In this document: in pieces, positions 44,829 through 58,114 of the stretch
Position numbering within the stretch: position 1 is the first letter of the stretch
Layout of the letters: the number at the start of each line of letters is the position of its first letter
Assembly: GCA_964304625.1 (NCBI GenBank)
Contig: OZ199839.1
Coordinates: forward strand, 10,137,087-10,201,086
Source of the DNA: Kudoa neothunni
Taxonomy: Eukaryota; Animalia; Cnidaria
Direction of reading: 5' to 3'
Length of the DNA: 64,000 nucleotides
Notes under the pieces: model-generated
What the model was told of the DNA's origin: nothing
The model's database searches: none
Seen by the model: the letters and a program-made list of their open reading frames with translations, nothing else
Program-made: the position numbers and the translations under genes

Positions 44829-45078
44829 TCAAATGTCATATCCATATTGTCGCATGCATCTTTTGTGCGCTTCCACTATATCTTTACATTTCTCAGCTCC
44901 ATGGTAAAGAATGCTATAATCATAAATTATGCTAACTGTCTATTTCACAACGAAGATCTAACCATTCGTCTCGATACTTCCTTGTTTCGGGACATGCACA
45001 ACAAATCTTTGGCTTATCTGGGTCGTGGGAGTAGTCTGCATCAAATTTATCAAACTTAGGAATGTCCTCAAGGTTCAT
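44829..45078 (-). CDS. COX17: Cytochrome c oxidase copper chaperone (66 aa)
   Basis: Exons 45078-44963 and 44913-44829 give MNLEDIPKFDKFDADYSHDPDKPKICCACPETRKYRDECILYHGAEKCKDIVEAHKRCMRQYGYDI; CCxC plus twin CX9C. Confidence 0.95.
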
Positions 45079-45435
45079 TTCCAAGATAAATAAATTTGGA
45101 TTAATTTCGTGTGTTGACGAGTTATCCCGAGTTTCAAATTTGTTATTCAAACCCCTATTTATAATTTATTTAATAAAACAATTTTAATTTAGAAATAACA
45201 CTTGAATGAACTTTTTTATATTTGGTAAAAACCAAGGCAGTATTTGGATTAGAATGTTGATTTCTATAGAAATTATCCAAACAATTTTGTAATTCCTTAG
45301 ACGAATTAAAATTTCAAAATATCCAATTTTTTATACGATATATACTTCATATATGGTATATAAACATGAGGTTTTAAACAAGTCTGTGACATCATGTGTA
45401 AACAAATTTTTTAGTCGATAATTAATCTCCTATAT

Positions 45436-46183
45436 CAGTGGTGGGCACAACTTTTGGTTCTACGGGTCACATTGGCTCATTACAAAAGCTTGGAGGGCCG
45501 CATTGTTGATTAAGTGTTTTAGGAGAACTTAAATATCTATTGGTGGTTTTTCTGACATTTTTGGTACAATAAAAAAGTTAGTGTATAAGTTAATTTAAAA
45601 AGGAACTAAATAATTTTTAAAAAATAGAAATTTGGTGATCGGCATACTATTGCAAGTTTCGATCGGAATAATAGATTTTATCGCTTTTCAAATATGTTGA
45701 TAAATTAGATTTTTTTAAACTCGGCGAATGAAATGGAAAATATGGATATGGTTCTTATTGCGTCAAACCTAATTTATGTATGAGTATCGCATCCTCATGT
45801 TTTTCTGCTATTTAGTTATTTTTAGATTCTTTTTGTTGTGAATTGAATCTCGTGTACCAGTTTTTTTCAATGATTGATGACATATTATTTTGTTTTCAGG
45901 GCGTATTAGATCTTACCTCATTCACGTTTATATATGATAATCATAGATACGATGCAAGCATAGGTAAAACATCAAATCAGATAATAAAATCGCGTAAAAT
46001 TAAAGTTTACAAATCCAAAATATTCATCAAAAGGCTGTTAGTTTATTTTTTTATGGAAGATAAATGCTGTCTTAATGTTTCTAGATTTTGAAAACATGTA
46101 CATACTCGCGCAAATTTCAGCCTCATAAACCCGCCCACGGGCCGTACAAAATTTCTTCGGGGGCCTCACTTTGCCCAACACTG
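45436..46183. mobile_element. 748-bp hAT-type MITE, copy 1
   Basis: TIRs CAGTGGTGGGCA / TGCCCAACACTG; direct repeat of 51655-52402 with about 3 substitutions seen by eye. Confidence 0.9.
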
Positions 46184-46189
46184 TAACTG

Positions 46190-46866
46190 TACTATATAAA
46201 GCAAGCAGGTAATCCGTGTGTGTGTCAGTGTGTATACATTTTTCATTCTTTATAGAGAGATATATCGCTCCATTTGAGCACATATATGGAAAGATAAAAT
46301 TTTTTTTTAATGTAGAAAAATACGTAAAAAATTATAAAAGGTTTGCATCCTGAAAAATGACTAAAAACATTTTCACGTGATATGAGAGGTATGATTTCAG
46401 CATTTATGCTAACATATAGGTCATTTCGTTAAAGTTATAAAAAGTTAATTTTATGTTTATCGTAATGTTTTATTTTACTTTAAAATTGCTGAAAAGTAAT
46501 TTATTAATTGAAATAGTTCAAATAATTAAGGTAATATTACGTTATGTAGCCATGCATTAATATGAAATTCATTTATTGATGTTTAACAAGATTAGTCCTA
46601 TTTATGTGGTATGATTTAGAGATTACTACAAACAACAAGGAGAAAATCGATTTTTAGGAGGTCTAAAGAGGAAATTTTAAGCGCTCAGTAGTGTTCATTC
46701 GTTTTTAAAAATATTAAATAAGGTTCATGCGTCCAATGAGTTAAATAAATCATACGTTAATGGGGAAATCTTTGTATTATTTATCAAAATACTCTAAATT
46801 TACTTTGAACTTCAACTGACTTCGACCGGGCAAGGAAACCCACGCGAAGCGGGACTTTTGCGCTAG
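46190..46866 (+). mobile_element. Helitron-like element missing its terminal TC
   Basis: Starts TACTATATAAAGC..CCGTGTGTGTGTCAG; ends with hairpin CCCACGCGAAGCGGG then GCGCTAG|T. Confidence 0.7.
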
Positions 46867-48433
46867 TTAAATATAAATGATTCTACAAAATTATAGTTGA
46901 AAACAGCTCTCAGAGGAGAGTTTCTAGGATTAAGAATTTATAATATGCAAACGTACATCCCATTTTAGATTAAATTTTACCGTTCCAATAACCTCCGCGA
47001 TACAAAATTTATATTTTCTAATTACTTTTGAAATTGTTTTCGGTACTGTTTAAAATAACCAATTCTTGTATTTCTTCGCTTAAATCATGCTGGAAACTAC
47101 ATATATAAAATATTTAAGTGGGAATTTTTATTTCAATTCAGATTTTTAGCTGAGCTAATTTCAAAAACGAAAGAAAATTTTAATTTTTAGAAATAAAATA
47201 ATACAAACTTTAAATGTATTTATAATAAAACTATTTCTAAAACGTTATTTTTTATAGTCGAACTAACGATTAATTGAATATACAATAAATATCGATATTG
47301 CGATGTTTGATATAGGGTATTTGGCATTTTTTTAATTTCTGTAATCAGCATTGTAAAATTTTTCCTATATTTTATCTTTTAATTTAACTTATATACGAAA
47401 AATATGAAATAACATTCAGTTATACATTCGAACGTCCGGGATTGTGAGAGAAAATTTTTTTGGTGAAAAGTTGAAATTATTCAATATTATGAATCATTTA
47501 GATCAATCTTAAAGACCAATAAATGGCTGTAGAACGCCATAGAATATCATCGATTCCGTTATTTTGAGTTTTATTCAAATAAGGATAGATTATTCTTCTC
47601 TGAATAGATTTTCGTCAATACATTGTTTAAATCAACTCATATGTTGCTACTATACGTAAAGTGACTATAAATGAAAAATTATCCTAATTTATATTGAGTT
47701 TACTACCGGATAATGTCAAAATAAGAAAAAAATATATTTATAAGTTTTTGATCATCAATAAGGCAGAACTTTGGCTGTTGTTCTTAAAATCACCAATTTC
47801 ATTTGAATAAAATATTCATTTAAAATTTTAAGACTCTTTTGTTATAAAAATTCACTTACATCTGAAAAGTGGGAGCGTTCATAATAGTATTGTTTACGAC
47901 TAAGTGGAACAATTTTATGAGGTAATTAGCAGCTATAACAAAGAAAACAGTAAATCCTGGCGCGGACGCTCCTTTTTATGTACAATGCACTCAATGAATA
48001 TATGCAATAAAGATTGAGTGAAATTAAAAGGAAATGAAACAATAAACAGATCATCATCTCACGATTGACTGCTTTATTTACAGAAAAAATTGGCGGATTT
48101 CTTCGACCATCTTGATACTTTAAAAAATATTGATCAAAAGTTCGCGAAAGGTATATGAAAAGTTCTTATACTGTAAGAACGATATTCTTCACATTTATAA
48201 TTAAATAATACAATCAGAATAAACAATTTTTTTATTAAAAAATAAAACATTTACTCTTTTAGCGCACACGAAAAAATCTATATTCGGCGGTAAAAACTCA
48301 GGCCTCGATTTTTTATACAATATCGAGACCTTATCGTGTATTTAAATGACCAATCAAAAACTATCAGGCTAATAAAAAATTTCTTTTTAATAATTTATAG
48401 ATTTATTGTGTGATCTTTTATAAATGCCCGAGT

Positions 48434-51400
48434 CTAATTTTTCTTTTTGAAAACCACAAATCCGATCGCACCTGCAATCATAATTCCAATAATCGCAACC
48501 ACTATTATTCTAAAATATTTTTATTTCAAACGTAAATAAGTTTTCTATCCATACATGATAAAGGTTTTAGAACTAAATAATAGATTAAGTAATTATTTAA
48601 CAATTAAACAAACCTTGAGCTGCTTTTTGCACCTAATAATAATATTTAAAAATATTATTATGTAAATCATGTTTTACCTTGTTCAATAACAGCCTCACCA
48701 TAAATTGAAGAATCCTTAGAGCCGTAAACAATCAAATGATAACTGTTACCATCTGCTATCCTGTTAATTGTAAACGACTTGCAATACGGAAGTGTTTTGC
48801 ATCCAGTATCTCTTGACTTCATGCATTTTTTTACTATTGGCATCGATTTGGCACTTGAATTAAGTAGTTTCCACTTGCATCTTGATTTGTCGTTGAGACT
48901 AGAGGGAAGTGTATTTTCAATATTGAATACTTCACCATCTCTTGTTATAGTTACAAATATTATTTTTTCCCTGTCTGTTGGGTTTCCTCTTGGAGCCGCT
49001 ATTTATTTACGTTAATATTTATATTATAATATATCTTAATTACTGGGTAATATAGTGATTTCTTCGGGTGAAGATTTTTCCACGGCAGTGACCAACACTT
49101 TATATTCTTCTTTTGCATCATAATCATCGAATAAAATCGAACTACATAATGGAGGCGATGCACATGTGTTTGAACTTTGAGGAGCTGCTGTAGTAGTAGT
49201 TGTAGTAGTAGTAGTAGTTGTTGTTGTCGTTGTCGTTGTAGTAGTAGTATCAGATTCAGTTGTTTCAGCTACATTTGTTTGAATATCGCCAGTTCTTGCA
49301 ATATTTGACTTAATAACTGTTGATTTAAGATTAGAACGTTGAATGGTGCTAGCTTCATCTTGATTAGGGCTAGGTTCGGTCTCAGCTGGTGTGTTTGGTG
49401 GAGTCTCAGGAGTTTCCGGAGCAGTTGATGGTATCTCAGGAGCCTCACACGTATACACGTTATCGAATTTGTCATTATTCTTTATTTGGATTGTATAATG
49501 ACAAATGGCTTCTGGAGTTTTTTTCGATAATTGAACATTCAACTCCAAACCTCTCTCAGTATATATTTGTGAAATTCTCAATCTTGCCAAATCTTTTCAT
49601 AAATTATATATAAATCATTTGAAAAATATACTTGTTGTAACATTTTCATAAACATGCTCTTTATAATCTTTGTCAGCAACGACTTTAATATCATAGCGAG
49701 TGTTTGGTTCGAGATCAATGATGGTTATTGACTCGCTACACCTTCCTCTACAAGGGTTCGTCTCGGTGCATGTAGCAACATAAAATGTATTTTTTCCTGT
49801 TGGACTTATGTAATACTCACAGTTTGGCTCATCTTTCTTTTGTCCTCCTGTTCCTGCAATGGCTGTTAACGTAGATGTTGACTCTGTTTTAGTTGGGGCT
49901 GTTGGTATAAAGACATTATTGCTACCTTTTTTTTCTTTTTAAAATTTATAGCTTTAATCATTTTTTGTTATTAATTATTTACCTGTCCTTATAAGTATTT
50001 GTTCTTTAAATTGGGTTGGCTCACTTAAACCAGATAAAATTTCTATAATATAAGGTTTACCCTCGGCAAGCTTTTCAATCGCCACGTTTGTGCAGTCCGT
50101 TTTGCAGGTGGTACCTGAAGAACCTTGAGTCCCAGAGCTGCAATCTGTATTGGTGGAAGAGGATGGTTTTATTTTGTCAGCAGCATAATGTTTGATTGTA
50201 CAAGTAGTAAACTTGGTAACTCCTGTAGGATTAAAAAGTGCCACATTCAATGACACACCTTGATATGTATATGCAGACAACAATCCAACTCCTGTCTCTG
50301 CAATTGCTATATATATGAATTAAAATATTTTATTATTTACAATATAGATACCAAATTTGTTCTGGATAAATCCGTCTAAACTAGCATCAGCAGTTTGTGT
50401 CAGCTCATGATTTCTGGTTTGAATTAAAACTTTGTATATTTCTTTTGGTTCATTTACGGTAAGTTCAATGTCCTTACACAGTGCATAACACTTTCCATCG
50501 GTATTACCACATTTAGACTCAAATGACTGACTAGTTCCTGCGTTTTTTCCATCCTTAATACTGAAGATGCATATTTCTGACGATAGCATTGAACCTGTGA
50601 ATTTAATTAGCAACTTTTTAGTATCTGTCTGTTTTGTAACATAATATTGAGGTTCGTAAATAGCCATGTTTTTCTTCATATATGTATTTGGCATATGATA
50701 AAAGAAACTGGGATAATTCGTACATCTCATCTCATAATGAGGAATTAATAGATCGAACTCCAAAGCGTCAACTGTGTTATCCGCATCGCATGTTGCTCCT
50801 TTTGTACCACTCTTGAATTCAGCATCTTTGTAAAAGATAGAGCAATCAACTGGAGTACACGTTTTTGCGGAAAGTTTTAGTTTTTTATTCTCACCAGATA
50901 TTGTTACTTGAGGATTTACTATTAATGCTAAAATTTTAAATAAATAATTAATTCGAATTTTTATTTGATTACGTGTTGACAACCCAAACACTTTTCCCCC
51001 TCTTGGGTGATTAGTCCCTTGGACGTTAGATTTATCTGTATCAGCTTTTACGTATATGTATTTTGTTCTCGGCGAAAGACTGTTAAAAGGAACATCGCTT
51101 TCTGGTTTGATACATTCAATTACGCATTTATCAGATACGGATGTATCATATCCAGGACAACTTGGGATTTCGCCAAAAGCAGCTGCAGTTGTTGGACTTG
51201 CGAGAGTTGTCGCTTCATTAGATATCATAATACGGCAAATTTTACCAGCTGCATATTCTGTGCCACCAAGTGTACGCTTAAATTGATTTTTGTTACTAGC
51301 GCTATGATAAACAATCTGGTAAGTCAATGTAGCCTCCGGCGCAGATGCAGCCTGAGGTGCTTGACTTGCTCTTACATAAAGTAATTTAAGAAAAACTAAT

Positions 51401-51470
51401 ATAAATTAAAGTAACTACAATAAAATAAATATATACTAAGAAAGTAACACAGCAATTGAATCTTTAACAT
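48434..51470 (-). CDS. Cys-rich multi-module type I membrane protein, copy B (intact)
   Basis: Ten exons splice in frame. Signal peptide MLKIQLLCYFLIFLKLLYVRA, six module exons bounded by phase-1 introns, a 20-Thr tract (49189-49248), 19- and 18-nt microexons, TM IIIVVAIIGIMIAGAIGFVVF and tail KKKN*. Confidence 0.85.
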
Positions 51471-51654
51471 GATTAGTAGTATTACAGTAATCAATGGTTT
51501 GAGCCGAATACATGAATATCATAATATGATCAAAACTTTTCGGATGCAAGTGAATACGAATCAAAGATATTTCAGTAATTAACTCGATAATATTTATTTA
51601 ACGATAAAATGGTTAATATGAGATTAATTATTAACGTGCAATTATCTACTATAT

Positions 51655-52402
51655 CAGTGGTGGGCACAACTTTTGGTTCTACGGGTCACATTGGCTCATT
51701 ACAAAAGCTTGGAGGGCCGCATTGTTGATTAAGTGTTTTAGGAGAACTTAAATATCTATTGGTGGTTTTTCTGACATTTTTGGTACAATAAAAAAGTTAG
51801 TGTATAAGTTAATTTAAAAAGGAACTAAATAATTTTTAAAAAATAGAAATTTGGTGATCGGCATACTATTGCAAGTTTCGATCAGAATAATAGATTTTAT
51901 CGCTTTTCAAATATGTTGATAAATTAGATTTTTTTAAACTCGGCGAATGAAATGGAAAATATGGATATGGTTCTTATTGCGTCAAACCTAATTTATGTAT
52001 GAGTATCGCATCCTCATGTTTTTCTGCTATTTAGTTATTTTTAGATTCTTTTTGTTGTGAATTGAATCTCGTGTACCAGTTTTTTTCAATGATTGATGAC
52101 ATATTATTTTGTTTTCAGGGCGTATTAGATCTTACCTCATTCACGTTTATATATGATAATCATAGATACGATGCAAGCATAGGTAAAACATCAAATCAGA
52201 TAATAAAATCGCGTAAAATTAAAGTTTACAAATCCAAAATATTCATCAAAAGGCTGTTAGTTTATTTTTTTATGGAAGATAAATGCTGTCTTAATGTTTC
52301 TAGATTTTGAAAACATGTACATACTCGCGCAAATTTCAGCCTCATAAACCCGCCCACGGGCCGTACAAAATTTCTTCGGGGGCCTCACTTTTCCCACCAC
52401 TG
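51655..52402. mobile_element. 748-bp hAT-type MITE, copy 2
   Basis: TIRs CAGTGGTGGGCA / TTCCCACCACTG; near-identical to 45436-46183 and in the same orientation. Confidence 0.9.
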
Positions 52403-55149
52403 TCCTATATCAATATGTATGTGCAAGAAACTTTTTAAAAGTTAACCTGATGATTGTGCAATGATCCTATCTATAATTTGTGTTTATTTTTTATATACAT
52501 GTGGGTGGATTTTTTATTTAATTCATTACATCATAATAAGAGGAGTGTGTGCATGAATATCGTGTATATTTTGTGTACATGCGCAAATTCATAAATTTTG
52601 GCGCTTTTTTTTAATTAAATATTAAACTAAGTCTAGCATTTAATTTATTAAGAAGATTTTAATTTTTATATATTTAAACGGTTTATTAAGCTAGTTTAGA
52701 GCGTCAGGAAATTAAACAAATAATAAATATATTAATTAATTAATTAAACTCTTTATTAATCGTTAAAAAATTTGGCACAAATTTTTTTTTCAGAGTGATC
52801 ACATTTATTTAATTTCTTTAAGAATTTACTCTAAATTTTAATCATAAAATTATGTTGAAACAATCTATAGTTCACCTCTTTGATTGTTTAACGTTGTCGG
52901 TTCCATAGAGAAACATTATATAGTAAATTAAATTAAACTATAAAGTATGAAACTAATATAAAATAACAAAATATAATGATAACTCTTAAATATGTTATTA
53001 GTGAAGGTTAAATTGCAGAATAGCGGCCGTAACCCATATCAGCGACAACATACAAAAACGAACCTGTTGAATGTTTTATTATTTAGTATTTATCAGTGTT
53101 GCGTCCCCAGTAGGGTAACTTTGGCAACAGCTATTTGTCAGCATAATAATATTGGTTGTAATCTATTATATAAATATATTTAACTCCTAGTTACTCGCGA
53201 TTATTTCAACAGGAGCTATACCATCAATTAAGCCGGTTCGAGTAAAGCATGTTTTGTGTATTCTAAAATTGAAGTCGGTAAACTCTGAGTTTGATGGATT
53301 ATCACAATCTATCCTTAGCGATTGCCTAGTGTATCAATTCCTTTTCTATAAGGCTATAAGGCTATAAGACTATAAGACTAAGAATTTCATATTTAATATA
53401 ATCATTAGTTAACAAATTGCAGCAAATGCATAACGTTAATATCACAAATAATTAATTGGATGATATTCAGACAGTACTACGATTAAATATTCAACAAATA
53501 TCACATTAATTTGATTTAAAAATTTAGGAATAAGGTCCGAACAAATTATAATCTTTATTCGGTAAGTGCGGTCATTATTCTGCATTTTAATCTAAAATAA
53601 TGTTGGCATATAATAAAAAATATCAATAAACCATTCATATTTTACTAGTTATTTTTTGCAATAATTAATGGAATACTCAATGAGAGAATATCTAATAAAA
53701 AATTTTAACTAATTTATTTCGTTAATTAATAATAGTAATAATAATAATATTTGAATTTCTTATTAAGATATGAAAGGATAAACGCACGATTTAGCTGATA
53801 ATTTTGATATAGATATATTTTTTTATTATTTTTTCGATCGTTGAATAATTTCTCGCTTATTACAAATAAAAGCTAACTAGATTAAGGTTTATTTAATAGC
53901 GTTATATCTGATGGAATATATCTGTTTAAATTTAACTTTAGAAAGTTGGATTAAAACAATGTTATTAATTTCAATACAAACCATCATACATTATTAACAT
54001 TGAATAGTTGTTTTATAAAGATATAATGTTTGTGGCAGAATCTCAGTATATTAGAGTTAAGAGAAAATTGATTTTGGTTGAGACATGAACATGACTCACC
54101 TTTTATTACGATTCTAGGGGACTATTAAATTTTTCGTTTCGATAAAAGAATTTTTTCTATCAATTTCACCAGTCCTATCATTAAACATTAATCTTTTTAT
54201 AGTATTTATTTATGCTTCTATATTGGATATAGTTACATTTATATAATACATATTTTATATTAAAAAATTCTGTATGAGCACTTAAAAGTAAAAGTTCGAT
54301 ATATCGTTGTCTCCTAATTAGAGAAAATTTATAAATTTTATTTTTTCAATATTCAATTAATTTCTTATGTTATATATTATATTTAATGGATAAATGACGG
54401 TATTATTTAAATATCACCTTCAATTAATAAGTTCAACCTAATTTAAAAATTTAAAATGGATATGATAAGTAAATATAAAAATATGGAATAGTAACTGGGC
54501 ATATATTTAATATATTAATTAAATGCATTATAAAATATGAAATAAAAGTACACTACCACGCAAAGATGGTAATTTGGGGTTTTAAAATTTTAACGAATTA
54601 TTTTTGCCAATCAAAATAATCTAATTTGAGTATTTTGTTACAGAGATTGATTGTACATTTTTATAATTAAATATCAGTTTTGTTTAATTATAAAAATTCA
54701 TCATTTACGTAAATTTAATAAATATACGCTACCTACAATATTTTTGAGATATATTTATTTAAAAATGATAATAGTTCGTTGGACCCCTTTAGTATAAGAG
54801 AATTATAAATTTACTTATAAAATTTTAAAAAAAAGCATATTTACATAATGATCACAATGTTCATATTCAAACCGGATTGTTTCGTATAATGATAAGACTT
54901 ATTATACCAACATATAAAATTTTCCACATTTTGGTATATATCTTCGTAGGATGATGATGTAAATATGTAATATAAGTGTTATTAATTTTAATAAAACTTT
55001 TCATTTAATAAAAACCAACAAATTTATAAATATTATTCATTATAAAATAAAACGGGTACAATTAACACTAAAATATATTGCAAATAGTGATTTAATACAA
55101 AAATAATATTGTTTCAATGAGATAAATAAGTTATTGATAAGATGGATCC

Positions 55150-58114
55150 TTATTCTTTATTCATCTTGTAAACAAAGTACAATCCAACAGACACGATAAC
55201 TATAACAATTGGTACCACAATACCGATTATCCTAAATGGTATCTTATTCAAACACGTCTATATTTATTTATAATACATGCTGGTATTCGCCCTATAAAGC
55301 AAAATTATTAAAAATTATTTACATACAATTTTACCATGATTTATTGGAAGCCCAACCTAGATCAATGATTAGATTAGATTAAATTTTGTTAATTATTAAT
55401 AATTACCTTGTTTTATTCCCCCAACCCCGTTGACTGTAGGATCTTCGGAGTGAATAACCGTTAAATGATAATCATTGGTATCGCTCACACCCTCAATTAT
55501 AAATGACCTGCATCTAGGTAGTGTACAATCGCTAACTTCAATGTATCACATTTTTTTACTATCGGTAGATTAGGATCGTTTATGTTTCTCAACATCCATC
55601 GGCACACTGAATTTTCATTCATCCCTTTTGGAAGCAATGAAGTGATATTTAAGGTCTCGCCAACTCTTTCGATCGTCACTATGATTTTTTTGTCTGCTTC
55701 CACAGGATTCGCAGGAAAGAACATCTATTTTTGGACGATATATTAGGATTTTACATTGTTTCGTGGTTAAGTATTATACTTTGGGGAATATCAATGGTAA
55801 CTTCTTCCGATCTGCCTACAGCCGTAACCAATACTTGATATTCTTTGTCTGCTTCGTGACCCTCACCGATAATTATGTTACTGCATAGTGGTAGTTCAGT
55901 GCATGCTAGGAACTTAGACTGAGTAGTCTCAGCAGGAATGATAGAAGCTGGAGTTGTTGTAGAGGAATTTAGAGGTGTATCACCTCCATTATTTCCTCTC
56001 GCTACTCCATTATGATAAAAATTGACCCTACTGTTCAACCGAGATTGTTTTATTCCTTGATTTTTCGGAGGCGTGTCAACATTAGTAGTAGGTGGACGTG
56101 CCTGTGATGGAAAAGGGGCAACTGCTGGGCAGGAATATACTACGTTCGAGCTAGTCCCATTTTTGGCTTTAATTTTATAGCTACAAACTGCTTTTGGGAA
56201 TGCAGTTGCTAAGGTTCCGATCACTTGAAATCCTTTGACTAGGAAATTGCGGGATAGGGTGAGTGTTGAAAAAGCTAATAAATTTAATTTAAATAAGAAT
56301 GCGATAGCATATTTTTACTAGTTGAAACATTTTCAAATATTTTTGTTCCATAATCTTTGTTTGAAATAACTTTAATGTCATAACTTGTTTTGGGATGTAA
56401 ATTTATCAATTTCTTGGTGTCTTTACAAAATCCTCTGCATGGATAGCTATCTTCACATTCTGCTTCCACGAACATGTTTTTACCTGTTTTACTCAAGAAA
56501 TATGAACACGTTGGTTCTGTAGCTCCTGTTTCCACAACGCCGTCGACTGCTTTGACTACTGCAATCACATCGTTTGTCGTAGGTGATCTAGTGACGAAGT
56601 TAGTTCTGCTAGCTTTATCTAAAAACATTTAACAAAATAAACAGTCCATTTCATTACTTGTCCTGAAAAATAAATATTCTTTGAAGTTGTCGTAATTAGG
56701 TATAGCCGTAGGAGTTATTTCAATCATATACGCTTTTCCTGGTTCCAGACCACCAATGGCAGAATTGGGTATACATGCGCTTCCACAAGAAACGCTTGAG
56801 CATTGTGTAGCAGTTCCCGTGTTAGGTCTGATCTTATCAGCTGAGAAGTGCTTTAAAGTACATGTTTTGAATTTTACATTTTCGTCACTTAGCATATATA
56901 ACGATCGCGTAATTCCTAATCCTGTAGGAGAATATGTTGTTAATAGAGTGCTCATATTTGTAGACTCAACGATTGCTATAATTAACGATAATTATACAAC
57001 AATTACTAAAAATCATACCATATTTTCTCTCTTCATAGCCATCAAAGATAGCATCAGTCGTTATTAGTTTATGATGCCTAGTTTGAATTAATATTTTCAC
57101 GATTGGCTTGGATGCAGCAAGTGCCAATTCCACATTATCGCATGGTGCGTAACAATTTTTCCCAGTTTCACCGCCACACGATGATGCATAGGTGGATGTT
57201 TCACCTCTGGCACTGTCTGCTGCATCTTTTATATTAAATAGACATATTTCGGATGGAAATGCATTCTGAAATTTAAGGAGATATTTAGTCTTTGTAGTAT
57301 CACCTTCCTTATATGTCACATAATATTGAGGTTTATAAACGTCAATATTTGTTTTCATATAAGAATTTGGCATACTGTAGAAAAAACTTGGATAATTCGT
57401 GCATTTCATCTCATAATGAGGAATCAACACATCATAATCAACTGTATTCTCTTTATTATCGTCTACACACGTATCACCATTGGTACCGGCTGCGTAGGTG
57501 ACGCCCTTGTAAAAGATAGGACATGCTACTTTAGGGCATGTTTTAGTTGCGAGCTTTAATTTCTTGTCATCATCCGTGGATATTGTAGTTAGCGGATTCA
57601 CCAGCAATGCTATTTATACTTTATTTTATGTAACTATTCAATTTAACATACGAATAGGCAATCCGAACACGTTTCCACCAGTATTCATATTTTTTATCTT
57701 TTTTGCATTATCCCCAGAATATACATAAATATATTTTTTTCTAGGTGATAATATATCAAACGTCAACTTTATATTATCTCCAGAACAAGGACGTAAACAT
57801 TTGCCATTTCCATTAATACCATCATTGTCAGCACACGTATTAATCTTATCAAATTCAACAGAATCTTCCTTTTCTTTTCTTATTAAACAAATTTTCCCAT
57901 CTGCAGCATAGGCCGTTCCAGATAATGTGAGATGTACCTTATCTCTGTCTGCTATGCTATATGATAGTTTTTTGGCAGTTGTGTTAGACGCATCTTGAGC
58001 TGCATGCACAGAATCTTTAATTATGACTATAAATGGTTAAAATGCGTTGATAATTCTAATATAATTACAGAAAAATGTAATCAGAACATTAACTAAGACA
58101 AAAGGAATCTTCAT
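55150..58114 (-). CDS. Cys-rich multi-module type I membrane protein, copy C (two apparent indels in exon 7)
   Basis: Signal peptide MKIPFVLVNVLITFFFIIKDSVHA; exons 1-6 in frame; TM IIGIVVPIVIVIVSVGLYFVY, tail KMNKE*. Apparent +1 near 55718 and -1 near 55541 relative to copy D. Confidence 0.8.

Noticed and set aside
45843-46091. Identical 82-aa ORFs at 45843 and 52062
   Set aside because: Chance TTG-started ORF inside the duplicated MITE; no protein features.
50320-51327. 335-aa single-exon ORF
   Set aside because: It reads through a stop-free 45-nt intron (50972-50928) that is present at the same position in the paralogues; it is part of gene B.
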